From the NCBI GenBank assembly GCA_965112735.1, contig OZ218963.1:3162001-3226000 (forward strand): 64,000 nucleotides of DNA, in the 5' to 3' direction. Each line of letters opens with the position of its first letter. The first letter of the stretch is position 1. The notes beneath the pieces were generated by a model. It had not been told where the DNA came from and made no database searches. It saw nothing but the letters and a program-made list of their open reading frames with translations. The translations under genes were made by a program, and so were the position numbers. The stretch is from Phaeosaccion multiseriatum (Eukaryota; Protista; Ochrophyta, other classes). This document shows, piece after piece, positions 1 to 11,277 of this stretch.

Positions 1-72
1 GCACCAGAAATGACTGCCCTCCCCTTCCCTTCCCGACCTCGTGCTCTCTTCTCTCTCTTTCTCTCTCCGCAC

Positions 73-363
73 CATAGGGTGGTCCTTGTCGAAGGCCACG
101 CTGATCCGCCTTCCCTTTAGAACGTTGCCCAAGTTGATCGAAGTGTTGGTGAAGCCATGAGACACATTGCACCATGTCTGCCCATCAAGGCCCGCCGCCA
201 CGAAGCTGTTGTTGCTAGTTTTGTAGTACCACTTATCATACTCGTGCATCTGGTAAGCCGCTCCCGACTGTTGAAGCGTTGCCAGGAGAAGGAGCAGCAA
301 AAGGGAGCCCTTGCCGCCTACTGCTGCTGCCGGTGTAGCCCATGGCCGTCGGCGCTTTCTCAT
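73..363 (-). CDS. First exon of a signal-peptide protein running off the window start; possibly ionotropic glutamate receptor-like
   Basis: Not in the ORF track. Reverse translation from ATG 363: MRKRRRPWATPAAAVGGKGSLLLLLLLATLQQSGAAYQMHEYDKWYYK...LGNVLKGRRISVAFDKDHPM, then a GT donor at 72-71. Hydrophobic signal-like stretch and N-glycosylation sequons (NNS, NVS, NTS). The receptor call rests only on a weak resemblance of LKGRRISVAF to the start of S1 domains. Confidence 0.5.
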
Positions 364-953
364 GTACTCCTGCTGCTGCCGCTGCTGCTGCTGTGGCGGA
401 CCTTTCTTACTGTATGTATTACGTATTACACATTCCACCCCCCCCCAGAATAAGCGAACTGTAATCCCACGTCGTCGCCCGCTGTACCCCCTCCCCCCCG
501 GGTTTCTCTATACGCCTCCCGATGACGCCCCCCCCCCCCTCCCTTTGAAGCTCACAAGACCTGAAAGGTGAGAAAGAGAGACGCGAAGAGAGGAAGACGA
601 GGAAGGATGGATGCTTGTGTGGTTGTGCTCTTACGCTGCTTGTGCTGAGTGGCGGCAAACCCATACGTTTTGTTCCGGTGTTGCATTGGATGAATCTTTT
701 TCTCCTCCCTCCCCCGATCATCCTCCCCCCTCTTCCCTTCCCCCTCCCATTCACTTCTTCCACTCAGAGGAAGGATTGTATTGGGCTGTATGGGGTATGG
801 GCTGGAAATGGGTGGGGAGCACCCTAGAGTTCTTTCCCCCTGACTTTCTTTTCGCTGGTCCTTTCGCTGCTCCGCGCCTGCCCTTTTTTACTATATTCCG
901 AACTCCGCCACGCGACTCCAGCAAGCACCGGCGAAAGAGAGATCATATCAATC

Positions 954-2761
954 ATGCCTACCCTCAAGGAAGAGATCGGCACCGGAGTCATCACCGGTGA
1001 CAAGGTGATGAAGTTGTTCAAGCACGCCAAGGACAACAAGTACGCCATCCCCGCTGTCAACGTGACGAGCAGCAGCACGGCCAACGCGGTGATGGAGGCG
1101 GCCGCGGCCATCGGCAGTCCCATCATCATTCAGGTGTCCAACGGGGGTGCTGCTTTCTTCGCCGGCAAGTCCGTCAACAACAAGGAGCCGAGCAACCAGG
1201 TGATTATTTGTGCGAGCAGTTCCGAATGGAGGGCCCTTTGGATGGAAGAATGAGTGCTCTTCTCCGATCTCTTCACTCGCAAAGAGACTCAATCACTAAC
1301 TATCCGCTGTCTGAAATGGATGATGGTGTCTTTCCACACCCCGCTTGCTTACAGGCTTCCATCGCCGGGTCCGTGGCCATGGCTCTCCACGTGCGCCAAA
1401 TGGCAAAGTACTACGACATCCCTGTGGTGATCCACAGCGACCACTGTGCCAAGAAGCTTCTGCCCTGGTTCGACGGCATGCTGGTCGCAAACGAGGAGTA
1501 CTTCGAAAAGAACGGAGAGCCCCTCTTCTCGTCCCACATGCTGGACCTCAGCGAGGAGACGGACGAGGAGAACATTAGCACCTGCAAGGAGTACTTCGAG
1601 CGAATGACCAAGATCAAGGTGGGCCGGAGAGGAGGGGATCAAAGGCGTCGGAGGGTGGGTCTAGCTTGAGACATGTCTGTTTTGTGTTGCTGACGTCCAG
1701 TCATGTGTTGTCATCCTTCTCCTCTGCCACACCAGTGCTTCTTGGAGATGGAGATTGGCATCACCGGCGGAGAGGAGGACGGTGTGGACAACAGCGACGC
1801 TGACGTCAGCAAGCTGTACACGCAGCCCGAGCAGATCATGGCAGTGTACACTGCGCTGTCCAGTGTCGCCGATACCTTCTCCATTGCGGTGAGTGAGACT
1901 TGCATAGGCTTGGGGGGATGCTGTCTGTGAGATCCATACAAGTCTAGCGTTTCCATTACCTTGTCTTTATTATGCCATTTAAAGTGGCCAGCAGCAGCAT
2001 CCAACCTCAGCACACACACCGCTTCTCTTACGATACCAAACAAGTTGTTTCGTCTCTTCTCGTCTTGCTCCATCTCCCCCTACGCACCCCCAGGCCGCCT
2101 TCGGAAACGTGCACGGCGTGTACAAGCCCGGAAACGTCAAGTTAAACCCTGACATCCTCAACAAGCATCAGGAGTTCGTGAGGGAGAAGCTGGGCACGGA
2201 CAGCAAGGAGGAGAAGCCCTGCCTCTTTGTATTCCACGGAGGATCTGGTTCCACCAAGGACGAAATCAAGACCGCTGTGGAGGCGGGAGTAGTGAAGATG
2301 AATGTGGACACGGACACGCAATGGGTGAGTGAGTGGATGATAAGAGTGACGTGTGCGGGGAGGTAGGGAGCTCAGGTGGCCCAGGGGAGCCGGCTCCTGG
2401 TGAGGCGCCAGATGGTCTCGGGGTGAAGGGTCACGAGAAGAGAAGAGGGGAACAATCGCTTCGAGTCTCTCTTTCGATCTTCATCGTTCTTGGGTCCATA
2501 CATCACGCGCCCTTGATGATTACTCCTAACCCTTTACTGGATTATTCACAGGCTTACTGGGACGGCCTCCGTGGCTTCTACCAGGCCAACGCGGCCTACC
2601 TGCAGGGGCAGATTGGAAACCCCGACGGCGACGACAAACCCAACAAGAAGAAGTACGACCCTCGCGTGTGGCTGCGCAAGGCAGAGGAGTCTCTCGTCGA
2701 GCGCGTGAAGGAGGCATGTACCGATCTGGGCAACGTGGGCACACTCGCCCTTGACGCATAA
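954..2761 (+). CDS. FBA: Fructose-bisphosphate aldolase class II (type A), no targeting presequence, probably cytosolic
   Basis: Five exons (954-1199, 1355-1618, 1736-1888, 2094-2324, 2552-2761), all GT-AG. Motifs AIPAVNV, HSDHC, SSHMLDLSEE, EMEIGITGGEEDGVDN, AFGNVHGVYKPGNV, VFHGGSGS, KMNVDTDTQ, KKYDPRVWLR. Confidence 0.97.
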
Positions 2762-2802
2762 TTGAATCGGACACGCTACATACACGGAATGGTAGATGGT
2801 AG

Positions 2803-2806
2803 CAGT

Positions 2807-2839
<33 letters not shown>
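2803..2839. repeat. (CAG)n microsatellite in the aldolase 3' region
   Basis: Run of gcagcagcag... directly visible. Confidence 0.9.
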
Positions 2840-2841
<2 letters not shown>

Positions 2842-3819
2842 GCACGAGCAAGCAACGCAGGGTAGCAAGTAGGCCGATAGTGAAGTATTGCGCAGCGTAG
2901 TGGATATGTATGGAAAGTTTTGGAAGAGGTAAGGGGGGGGGGATAGTCAATGGGTTTTGCCGTCAACTCTGAAGGATATGGGTTTTGGAGGTTCTGCTGG
3001 CTTTGTTGTGCCTCCCTTGCCTATAGCTACTCCGGACGCTGAGTAGAAATTCGCACGCCCCTCTGGAAAGTGTACGAAGAGTATGTATTCCCTTAATTCA
3101 AACCTCTCCTGCACGCCGCCTGCTCATGGCCTCTGCTGCCGCTGCTGTCGCTGCTACGGCGTCGCCCCCGTTGCAATGTGATGGCTGCGAGAGTGGTTTC
3201 CTGCTTGGAGTTCAAAAGAGCCTTGCTTTGCCACGCGAGGGACCGACAGAAGAGAGATAACAAAAAGGCCGTTCCCCAGGGCGGGAAGAGCGCTGGTGAG
3301 CGAGACGCCCTGCTCGGAGGCACTCCAGACGTGGAGAGGACGGAGGGAGATGTGACGGGGGTGGGGAGTGGACGATGGGCCGAGAGCGTCAGGAGCCAAA
3401 AGGGAGGCGAAGACAGTCGGTCGGCGCCGGAGGCAATAGGAGGACGAGCGAACAGGCGTACCGGTGGACGGAGGAGAGACCAAGCAATCGGACGAAGGAG
3501 ACAGTGGGCAAGAGAAGGACGACGACGTGGCACTAGTGTCGGGTGCCGAGTCTCGAGCAGGCAGAGCGCGAAAGCGCCGTGGGAGGGATGGGGATTGAGG
3601 GTCGCGTACGTAATTGCCTTCCGACTTCTGAAGGTGGCATTGTGCTCGTAACAGGCAGGGCCAAGACAGGTGAAGCAAGAGCGGCACCAGCAGTAGCTAA
3701 ACAATCTCAAGGGGGGTAGAGGGGGGGGTGGTAGGTGCTGTCCTTTAAAGGGGTGAGTCCACTGGCTGGGGCAGGGATTACTCTTATCATGTGTATCCAC
3801 TCGATCGGTATGACCGTTA

Positions 3820-5455
3820 CGCTTACGCTCGGCCTGTGCGACCTCTGACACTACTGGTCAGCACGTCGGCTCTGCTCATGTACGGTCCATCCGCGTCACT
3901 GCCGTTCGAGTGGAGAACGATTTGGACCGAGTCGTTCCCATTAAAGGTCTCGAAACAGTCTTGGTGGCCGCGGCCAAAGCCGCAATCACCTCTGTTGTCC
4001 TTCTCTGGGCACTTTGCCAGACGCTGAGCCTCACTGTAAGCGTGAACCTCATGCTCACGCAAGGTAAGGTGGGGAAACTCCCAAAAACTGTTGTTACGGT
4101 GGAGGTTTCCGTAAAGACGTAAATGCAGGGGAGGTCCGCCCCAGATAAGAGACGTGGGAAGCGATGACACGCACGAGGTCCAGCATCCCGTCCCACTGAT
4201 TGTGAATATCGCTGGCTATTTCAGCTCGAAGCACATCCTTGGGATATTGAGGATTGGTCACATGGAATGCCAGCACTCTGCCCTAGTCTCCCAATCGAAA
4301 GTGGAACACAACAATCAAGGCGGATCCGGACTCATCAAAGCCGCAGTCGGGTCCCTCGGTATATCCCGGTCGAAGTCGTGGAACGCTTCGCATATGCGGC
4401 GAAGCCCCTTCTTGTACGCCGAAGGCAATAGCTCTGCTGGGAGCCTTTCTCCATGGCTCCCCCTGCGGAAGAATCGCGGAGGCGTAATCTGCATCCACTC
4501 GCACCGTAGTGACAATGACCGCTGTTTGGCGCTCTTCGTCAGACAACTGCAGAAAGCCTGCCGCATCATCAAGTCCAAGTTCAACCTCCTCTCGTCTCAA
4601 ACTGTATCCGGCAGCAGGACTGTGTATTGCTCCACGTTGAAGGACTCTGCCCAACCCTGATCTGTACAGTTCATCAAGACTCTCTCCTTTGGGGGCCGCT
4701 GTCCTATGGCAATAGAGAGTTCCATTGCGCCAAGCTCGGCTCGTCGGCCTTGGCCATGAGGTAAGAGCCGCGCCGGCCTCTACTTCTCGCTGCCGCATGA
4801 GGAGTGCCGTCTTGGTCTCCAGCAACCGCTCCAGCAACTCAAGGTGAAGAGGGAAAAAACACCTCAAGGTGAGGAGGGGAAAACACGACAGGCTCTTCTC
4901 CACTCCTCCACCTCCAGTGGGTGTTTTCGCGTAGCTGAGCAATTTCAGCCACCGCGGCTGCCTTGGGTGGGCTCTCTATCGAGTACAGAGGAAGGCGGTG
5001 GATACCTCTCCTGTCCCTCAATACGCGCTTTGTTTCAGTTGTGCTCCTCGGCTCTGATCCTGCTCTTGTATGCTGCCCTCGTCCTTGCTTCGCACATCTC
5101 CTTCTCCTCCTGCGCGTGATCGTCGACCGCCTCCAGACTATTGCCCAACTTTCTCCGTGTGCTTCTTCCTCCTCTGCTGCAAACTCTCTCTCTACATGCT
5201 GTTCCAGCTTCCGAATGACATTCCTCTCCGCCGTCATTTTTCATCCCCGCAACTCCTCATCTTCCACATTCTCTGCTGCTCCAGCTGCCACTTGGTCTTC
5301 TCCACGACGCGTCGTTCGGTCCTTCTGAATCTGATAGTGGGCCAAACCACTCATCAGGTGGCTTCTCTCGGCGGACGCTAGGTCCTCCGGACGCACTAGC
5401 AAGCGTTGCCGCAGTCTTTCTCCAAATGGGATGGATGGCCACTTCAGACGCAACC
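3820..5455 (-). pseudogene. Degraded, apparently intronless coding relic of unknown family
   Basis: Protein-like segments in shifting frames separated by stops (ERNVIRKLEQHVEREFAAEEEE; LELLERLLETKTALLMRQREVE; LAFHVTNPQYPKDVLRAEIASDIHNQWDGMLDLVRVIASHVSYLG). No recognisable domain. Confidence 0.3.
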
Positions 5456-5640
5456 ACCTCCGCTCTCCCTCGTAGCAGCCCTACCTCTCAATTACACGCA
5501 CATGTCAGACTGATCCTTGCTCCTCGCCGAGATGACCGTGGGCAGCTCTCTTGTAGCGTGTACGCTTCTCCCCCCCTCCCTCTACCGCGCACAGCAGCAA
5601 CAACAGCAGCACCAGCAGCGGCAACACGAACGGTGGCGTA

Positions 5641-8600
5641 TCACCACCAGCTCCTCTGCTTCCTATTGAGCTGCTTTGCCATGTCCTCGAAGCTTGTGGC
5701 CGCGCTGAGCATTTCGTCGCTCTTGTCCGCCAAGGTGTTGAGCTTCTGGCCTCTTTCCCGCATGCGCTCACTCACCTCTGCCATTTGGTTCTGAATCTGA
5801 CGAACGCCCCTGCCACCGTCAGCCCCGCCCCGCTCCCCCCCACTGCTACTGCCGTTACTCCTTGCACTGCTGTTGCCGAAGAGATCGCCTCTAGCGGCGT
5901 GCTGGCCATCAGCCTCGCGCTTTGCTCCCCCCCCCCCTCCTCCCGCTACTGGTGATGCTTTCCCCTGACTGCTGCTGCTGCTACTGCTGCTGTTGCCGCC
6001 GCTGCTGCTACTAGCTGACAGGCGATTGAAGCAGCCGTCACACGCTCTGCACCGGGAAGTCCCGCCGCTGCCACTCATCATGGGAGCCTCCTTGCTGGAG
6101 CACTTACCGCACACTCGCCGGCCGCAGACCCTACAGTGATGCTGCCTCTTGAAGAGTGTGAACACCAGTCCACACGCCTCACACGACTCTCCTCCTCCTC
6201 CCTGGCCTGCGTGGTGCCCTTGACCCATGCGATGCTGCTGCTGAGGAGGCACGCTCAGCAGGGTACAGCCGCCCCACTTTTTTTTGGCAGCCCGGATCGC
6301 TATAGAGGGATGCATAAGACGGGGACGGAAGGCGCCCGGCAAAAGAATTAGTGCAAAGTGCCCAAGAAACCCAGGATCAAACTCGTGAGGCTCTGTGCGC
6401 ATTCTCTGCTCAGTTCGGCTGAGCTCTCCACAATGAGAGGCTGCAATTCCTTGTTTCCTTCACTTCCCGTTCTACCCATCAGAAGCATGTCGCGTGCTTG
6501 ATCTGTTTTCATCCGGCCTCCTTCCGGCCCCCTACCCAATGCTCAAAGCAGGCCGCAGAGAGACTCAAACTGCAGTAGAAAAGCAACAAACGAATACGTA
6601 CGTGTTTTCCCGATGAGCTGTTCCAGCCCGGCCTCTGCCGTGGAGCCAAGGCGTGCCCCGTGCTCCAGGAGCACCATCACTGCTGCCATCGCCGCTGCTT
6701 GACGGGCCACGTCGTCTTGCCCTTCCGATCCTCCCGCTGCCACGATGACGCCCACCAAGTAGTCCAAAGCGGTGCCACCTTCCCCCGTTTCTCGCCCTGC
6801 CGCAGCAGCAGCAGTAGCAGCAGAAGCAGCGTTGATGCAGCAGCCTCTGCTAATGAGGGCGAGGAGGGTGCGGAGCAAAGGCTCTCCCTCCCCGCTCCTC
6901 AAGCCCCTCGCGGCGAGGTGGATAGGTCGGTCCCCCCCCTGGGACTTGTCCACCTCTGGGGACACGACGCGCTCCACGTCTGCGCCGCCCTCGCACAGAA
7001 TGCTGCAGGAATGGGGGGAGTGAGTGCGTGCATGCGTGCGTGTTGCAGGGGGGAGGGGATGGCCAGGACGTGGGGGAAAGGAGAGAAGGGGGGGGGGAAG
7101 ACAGACAGACCGACACAAGGAAGAGGGAAAGGCAACGAGGGCAGCGAGAGAGAGAGAGTGCGTACGTGAGTATGATAGCACTCGAGACACAGGCTACATA
7201 CAGCATGTCACGAAATACAGCGCATATCCCTCCCCCCGACCTTACCAAGCCACTTGTGCAACCCGTGGTATGCACGGACCTTGCCTCGCCAACGACATTG
7301 CATGTGCCCCTCCCACTACTCACTGCACCATCACTCACCTCAGCACCGCATGCTTATGCGCTAATGCGCTCAGGTGCAAAGGCGTGTATCCGCTTTCATC
7401 CTCCGCGTCCACCATCCTCCGACTCCCATTCCCTCCTCCTGCGCTTTCTCCTCCCGACGATGACAGGAGCTGCATCGCCAACGACGCGTCCCCCTTCACC
7501 GCGGCTGAATGCAAGGTGCCCTGCAGCAAGTGGTGCTGCCAGCCCGGCGAGGGAGTGAATTCCCCCGACTCTACCCCGGGGAGCTTGCCCTCTGCTTCAC
7601 CTCCAGGGGCGCCCCCCGGCGGAGGTGTCGCAAGCCCGGAATGCACGCTCATGAGACAGCCCCGAAGGTCTCTGGCAAAGGCCATACGACTCATTGCACC
7701 ATCCACGAAGAATACCACCAGCTTCCCACTCGGCGACAGCAGCTCCAACGCCGTCTGTCCTCTTTCTCCTCCTCCTTCTCCTTCACGACCAGTCGTATGC
7801 CCTCGCCGAGGGGTGGAGCTGCTACCGGGAGGATGCACGTGTCCCTCCTCTTTAGCAGTGAGAAGACGCGCTCTCAGCGTCAACAGAGGGAGAGACACCT
7901 CCTCCACCCACTCCTCTTTCTCGCACTCATCACCACTACCAGTAGATGTGCTGCTTACTCCCGCTAGACTGTTGGCCAGTCCGCCTAGCCACCCCGCCAC
8001 CCCCCCGTCATGCGCCAAGGGGGAAGAGGAGGAGGAGCAGAAGGAGGAGGAGGCCGGTGCCGCTTTGGTCGCTAGTAGAGCAAGTCTGTCCGAGTACAAA
8101 AAGAGCTTTCGACCCAGCAGACTGGGTGCCGCCCACATCATGGCCGACGGTTTCAGAAGCTGGACGCAGGCCTCCCGAAGAGGTGCCTGCTGCGGAGGGG
8201 CCCCGTCTGAAGGGTTATCTCGTGGCATCAATGCACTAGCAGCAGGGGAGGACGGGGCCATGGTGGATGGCTCTGCTGCTGTGACCTCTTGTTGCCCTCG
8301 GTGGGCTGCTGCTGTGGCTTCTGCTTGCCCTCCACGCCCCGGAGTGGAAGTCGCACACGGGGGAATTGTGTTGGGCAGCGTGGCCAGGCCGCCCTCACTA
8401 CTGCTGCCATTGCTGCTCCTCACCCCCCCATCCCTTTTGGGCACGAAGTAGACACTGAGAGGCCGCCCGGACGCCTTTATGTGGGCAATGAGAGCGCGCC
8501 ACTGCTCCTCCGTCACCGCCTCGGCTTGCCGCAGTGAGAAGCCATTGGCCTGGTGATGGATACAAAGAATGTATGGGTGCAGGGGTGGAGAGGCGGCGCG

Positions 8601-10028
8601 ACAAGTAGAGAGCAGAGCAAGACGGAGATTAGGACAGGGTGCACACGCTACATGTGTGTGCGTGTGTGCGAGTGTGCGCGCAGTGCGAGGTTCCTGAACC
8701 AGGAGCGCGCTCTAGACCGAACTCTCCGCCACACTTCCGCCACCTACAAAACGTCCGTGTAGTAAGGACACATACGTGATCCCCAGCCACTCTCGACCTC
8801 AAAACACAACCCTCTGAATGATCCCGAAGTCGAAATCCACAGCCAAAGGAGGGTGTAAGAGTGACGCGGAGGAATGGAGGCACACACGCACGTACCTCCG
8901 TGAGCTCGAATCCGTCCTCGATGCCCATAGCCATGGCTTGCCCCCCTGTCTGCACTCCTCCGAACTTCACTCTGTGATCTTGTTTGTCGAGCCGCAGCGT
9001 CACCCCAAGGGGCCCCTCCATGAACATGCACATGGTCTCCTCCCTTCCTCCGTCCTCTATTTTGTCTGTTCCTGCTTGTTCCAGATCAGTTTCAGTTGCG
9101 TGTCCCCCTTCTCCGGCTTGCTCTCCTGAGGACGAAGACTCCTCCTCCTTCAAAATGGATGGTCCACCCCCACGCGTCTGACCGGTACATGGCTGCTCCA
9201 CCTCACCTGCCTCCGGCGGCTGCGACACACCATCCTGGGCTTCCTCTAACCCTCCACTTTCCCTCCACCTCTCGGCCTCCTTGACAGAAACTGACCCCGC
9301 CAAAGCACTGGAAACCGCCATGTCTACCCTCCGTCCGAGATTAAACTCCTCCTCTGCTGATTTAGCAGTACCTTCCAACACCTTGGCACTGCGTGGATCA
9401 CGGGCAGCAGAATCCGCTGATGCCTCTGTGCCATTACTGCGCATTCCGTCGAAGGATGCTCCTTCAATATATGTCACCTCCGCTACTTCTGCGCAAACAT
9501 CACCCCCTCCTTCTCTCTTGTCCTTCGTGCTCAGCGGCAAAGTGTCTTGGTGCCCGCTGTTGCCCCCCTCCTCGCCCCCATTTCTGCCCACGTTTCCCTC
9601 CTGAGCAAGAAGCGGTTGCGGTTCCTGTCCTTCGTCAACACAAGTGTGTTGGTACTGCTGCTGCCACCCACTGCCCTCCCCCTCCTCTTCGTCGTCGTCG
9701 TCGTTGCCCTCCTCCTGTTTCTGCTCCATCGCCGTAAACCATGCCATCTCCAGGCTGGGGTCTCCCCCGCCCCCTTCTCCCCCTGGATACGACGCCACAA
9801 GCTCCACTGCCCCCTCAAGTTCTTCACTCTCGCTACCGCCATTGCTCCCTCGCAGGGGCCTCGTAAAGAGGGTAAGGCCTTCGTAGGCACCCACAGCCTG
9901 GAGGCAAAACACCCTTCCGGCCGTCAGCGGCTCTTCTCTCTCTGTAGGTGCGGGCGACATGGAGCCCACAACGAACGTCTGGAAGGAGGGCAGTGCACTA
10001 GCATTTTCTCCATCATGGTGGTTGTGGC

Positions 10029-10063
<35 letters not shown>

Positions 10064-10519
10064 CCTCCAGCCGCAGCCCCCGTCCCATTGCCGGCCAGCC
10101 ACACCAGCGGAAGGTTCGGGTCGAAAGGTTGCGGGAGGGAAAGCCTCTTGACCTCCTGCACTGCTGCTGCTGCTCCCCCCACCGGAGCTATCGAGATAGA
10201 TACCTGTCCTGCTATACACAGCTGGGTGGCCGGTGCCACTGGCGCAAGAACAACCGCCTGTGGGCAAGGCAAGGCGAACGGTAAGTGGTCAGGCAGCGAA
10301 CAAAGACCTTCCCTCGCAGGGTCGGTGTTTGGGGCCTTGCAGCATGGAGCGCATCGAGCAGGCAGCTACCTGGCTTCTGTTGCAGCAGACGGCAGTGCTT
10401 CTCTTGGTGGATCGAGGATGTGGTGCCTCTCCCAAAGTGAGCTGCCCGACGGATGACAAAGCTCCTCCATCGAAGAGGGAAAGCTCCATCATCTGTGCGT
10501 GCCCTTCCCCCTCCTCCAT
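5641..10519 (-). CDS. Multidomain trafficking protein: PDZ-like, PH-like, ankyrin repeats, FYVE finger, C-terminal R-SNARE (synaptobrevin/tomosyn-type) coil
   Basis: Exons about 10519-10370, 10257-8896, 8549-7339, 7002-6602, 6300-5641 join in frame at GT-AG sites. PDZ-like FMEGPLGVTL...GFELTEANG...RPLSVYF; ankyrin LHSAAVKGD, GYTPLHLSA, RPIHLAARG; FYVE CEACGLVFTLFKRQHHCRVCGRRVCGKC...RACDGC; SNARE MRERGQKLNTLADKSDEMLSAATSFEDMAKQL. Confidence 0.85.
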
Positions 10520-10616
10520 CGTCGGCCAAAGAAGAGCCCTTGTCGAGAGAGGGTGGAGATAGAAAAGGAAGACAAGATAATACAGTTTCAGTTCCAGTTG
10601 AGTTTATTCTCTCCGG

Positions 10617-10841
10617 TCGACCCCTGACACACTATCGCCCACATTCTCGATAGCGCGCTATCGGCCGCGGCCGATAGCGGATAGCGTGCCGGCTGGCGGA
10701 TAGCACGCCCCAACAACCCCCCCCCCAAAGCCGGCTGACGCTGCCGATAGCGGATAGCGCGCCGGCTGGCGCCGGCGATAGCGGATAGCGCGCCGGCTGG
10801 CGCCGGCGATAGCGGATAGCGGATGGTGTGTCAGGGGTCGA
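10617..10841. mobile_element. MITE family A, complete copy (TIR TCGACCCCTGACACAC, 6-bp TSD CTCCGG)
   Basis: Perfect 16-bp inverted repeats at 10617-10632 and 10826-10841; CTCCGG at 10611-10616 and 10842-10847; interior made of GATAGCGGATAGC and CCGGCTGGCGCCGG repeats; no coding capacity. Confidence 0.9.
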
Positions 10842-10960
10842 CTCCGGGGCCCGATAGCGTGTCAGTGCAGTCTCTCCTCTCTCTGCCATCTATCTGTCAG
10901 CCGGATTTGACCTGCTACCGGCCGGCCGGCCGCGCTGCGCCTGCGGTGTCAGTGGTGGGC

Positions 10961-11142
10961 TCGACCCCTGACGTGCTATCGACCACATTCTCGATAGCAT
11001 GCCATCGGCCGCCGGTCGATAGCAGATAGCACACCGGCTGGCGCCGGCAATAGCAGATAGCACACCCCCAACAATTCCTCCCCCCCCAACCCGACCACCC
11101 GGTAACAAATCAAAGCCGGCTGACGCTGGCGATAGCAGATAT
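10961..11142. mobile_element. MITE family A, second diverged and truncated copy
   Basis: Starts TCGACCCCTGACGTGCTATC and is colinear with 10617-10760 (ccacattctcgatagc, ccccaacaa, caaagccggctgacgctg); interrupted at 11143 by a family B end. Confidence 0.85.
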
Positions 11143-11190
11143 TCGGCCCTGGACAAGATTATCTGATTACTGATTACGACCGGCGGGCGC
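11143..11190. mobile_element. MITE family B terminal fragment
   Basis: TCGGCCCTGGACAAGATTATCTGATTACTGATTACG shares CCTGGACAAGATTA with 32381 and 32823, and is the reverse complement of the GTAATCAGTAATCAG repeats found there. Confidence 0.8.
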
Positions 11191-11277
11191 TTTTGCTCGA
11201 GGCTAAAAAGGTCCGGAGATGGACAGAAGAGGAAGACGTTGGTCCTGTTGATTGGCTCCCTCGTCTGCCGCCGGGTG

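Noticed and set aside
3538-3549. GTCGGGTGCCGA resembles an inverted MITE terminus
   Set aside because: One mismatch to the consensus, no partner end and no subterminal repeats; probably chance.
7024-8451. 475-aa plus-strand ORF and similar long antisense ORFs (e.g. 44805-45710, 54368-55453, 57801-58700)
   Set aside because: Shadows or alternative frames of GC-rich real exons, with no domain signal.
10617-10841. piggyBac-like reading: TCGA as a 4-bp TSD with CCC...GGG ends
   Set aside because: A non-palindromic 6-bp duplication (CTCCGG) lies outside TCGA, and related ends begin TCGG, so TCGA is better read as part of the TIR. Not fully excluded.
10620-11190. CRISPR-like or iteron array
   Set aside because: No constant repeat with unique spacers, no cas genes, eukaryotic context; explained by MITEs.
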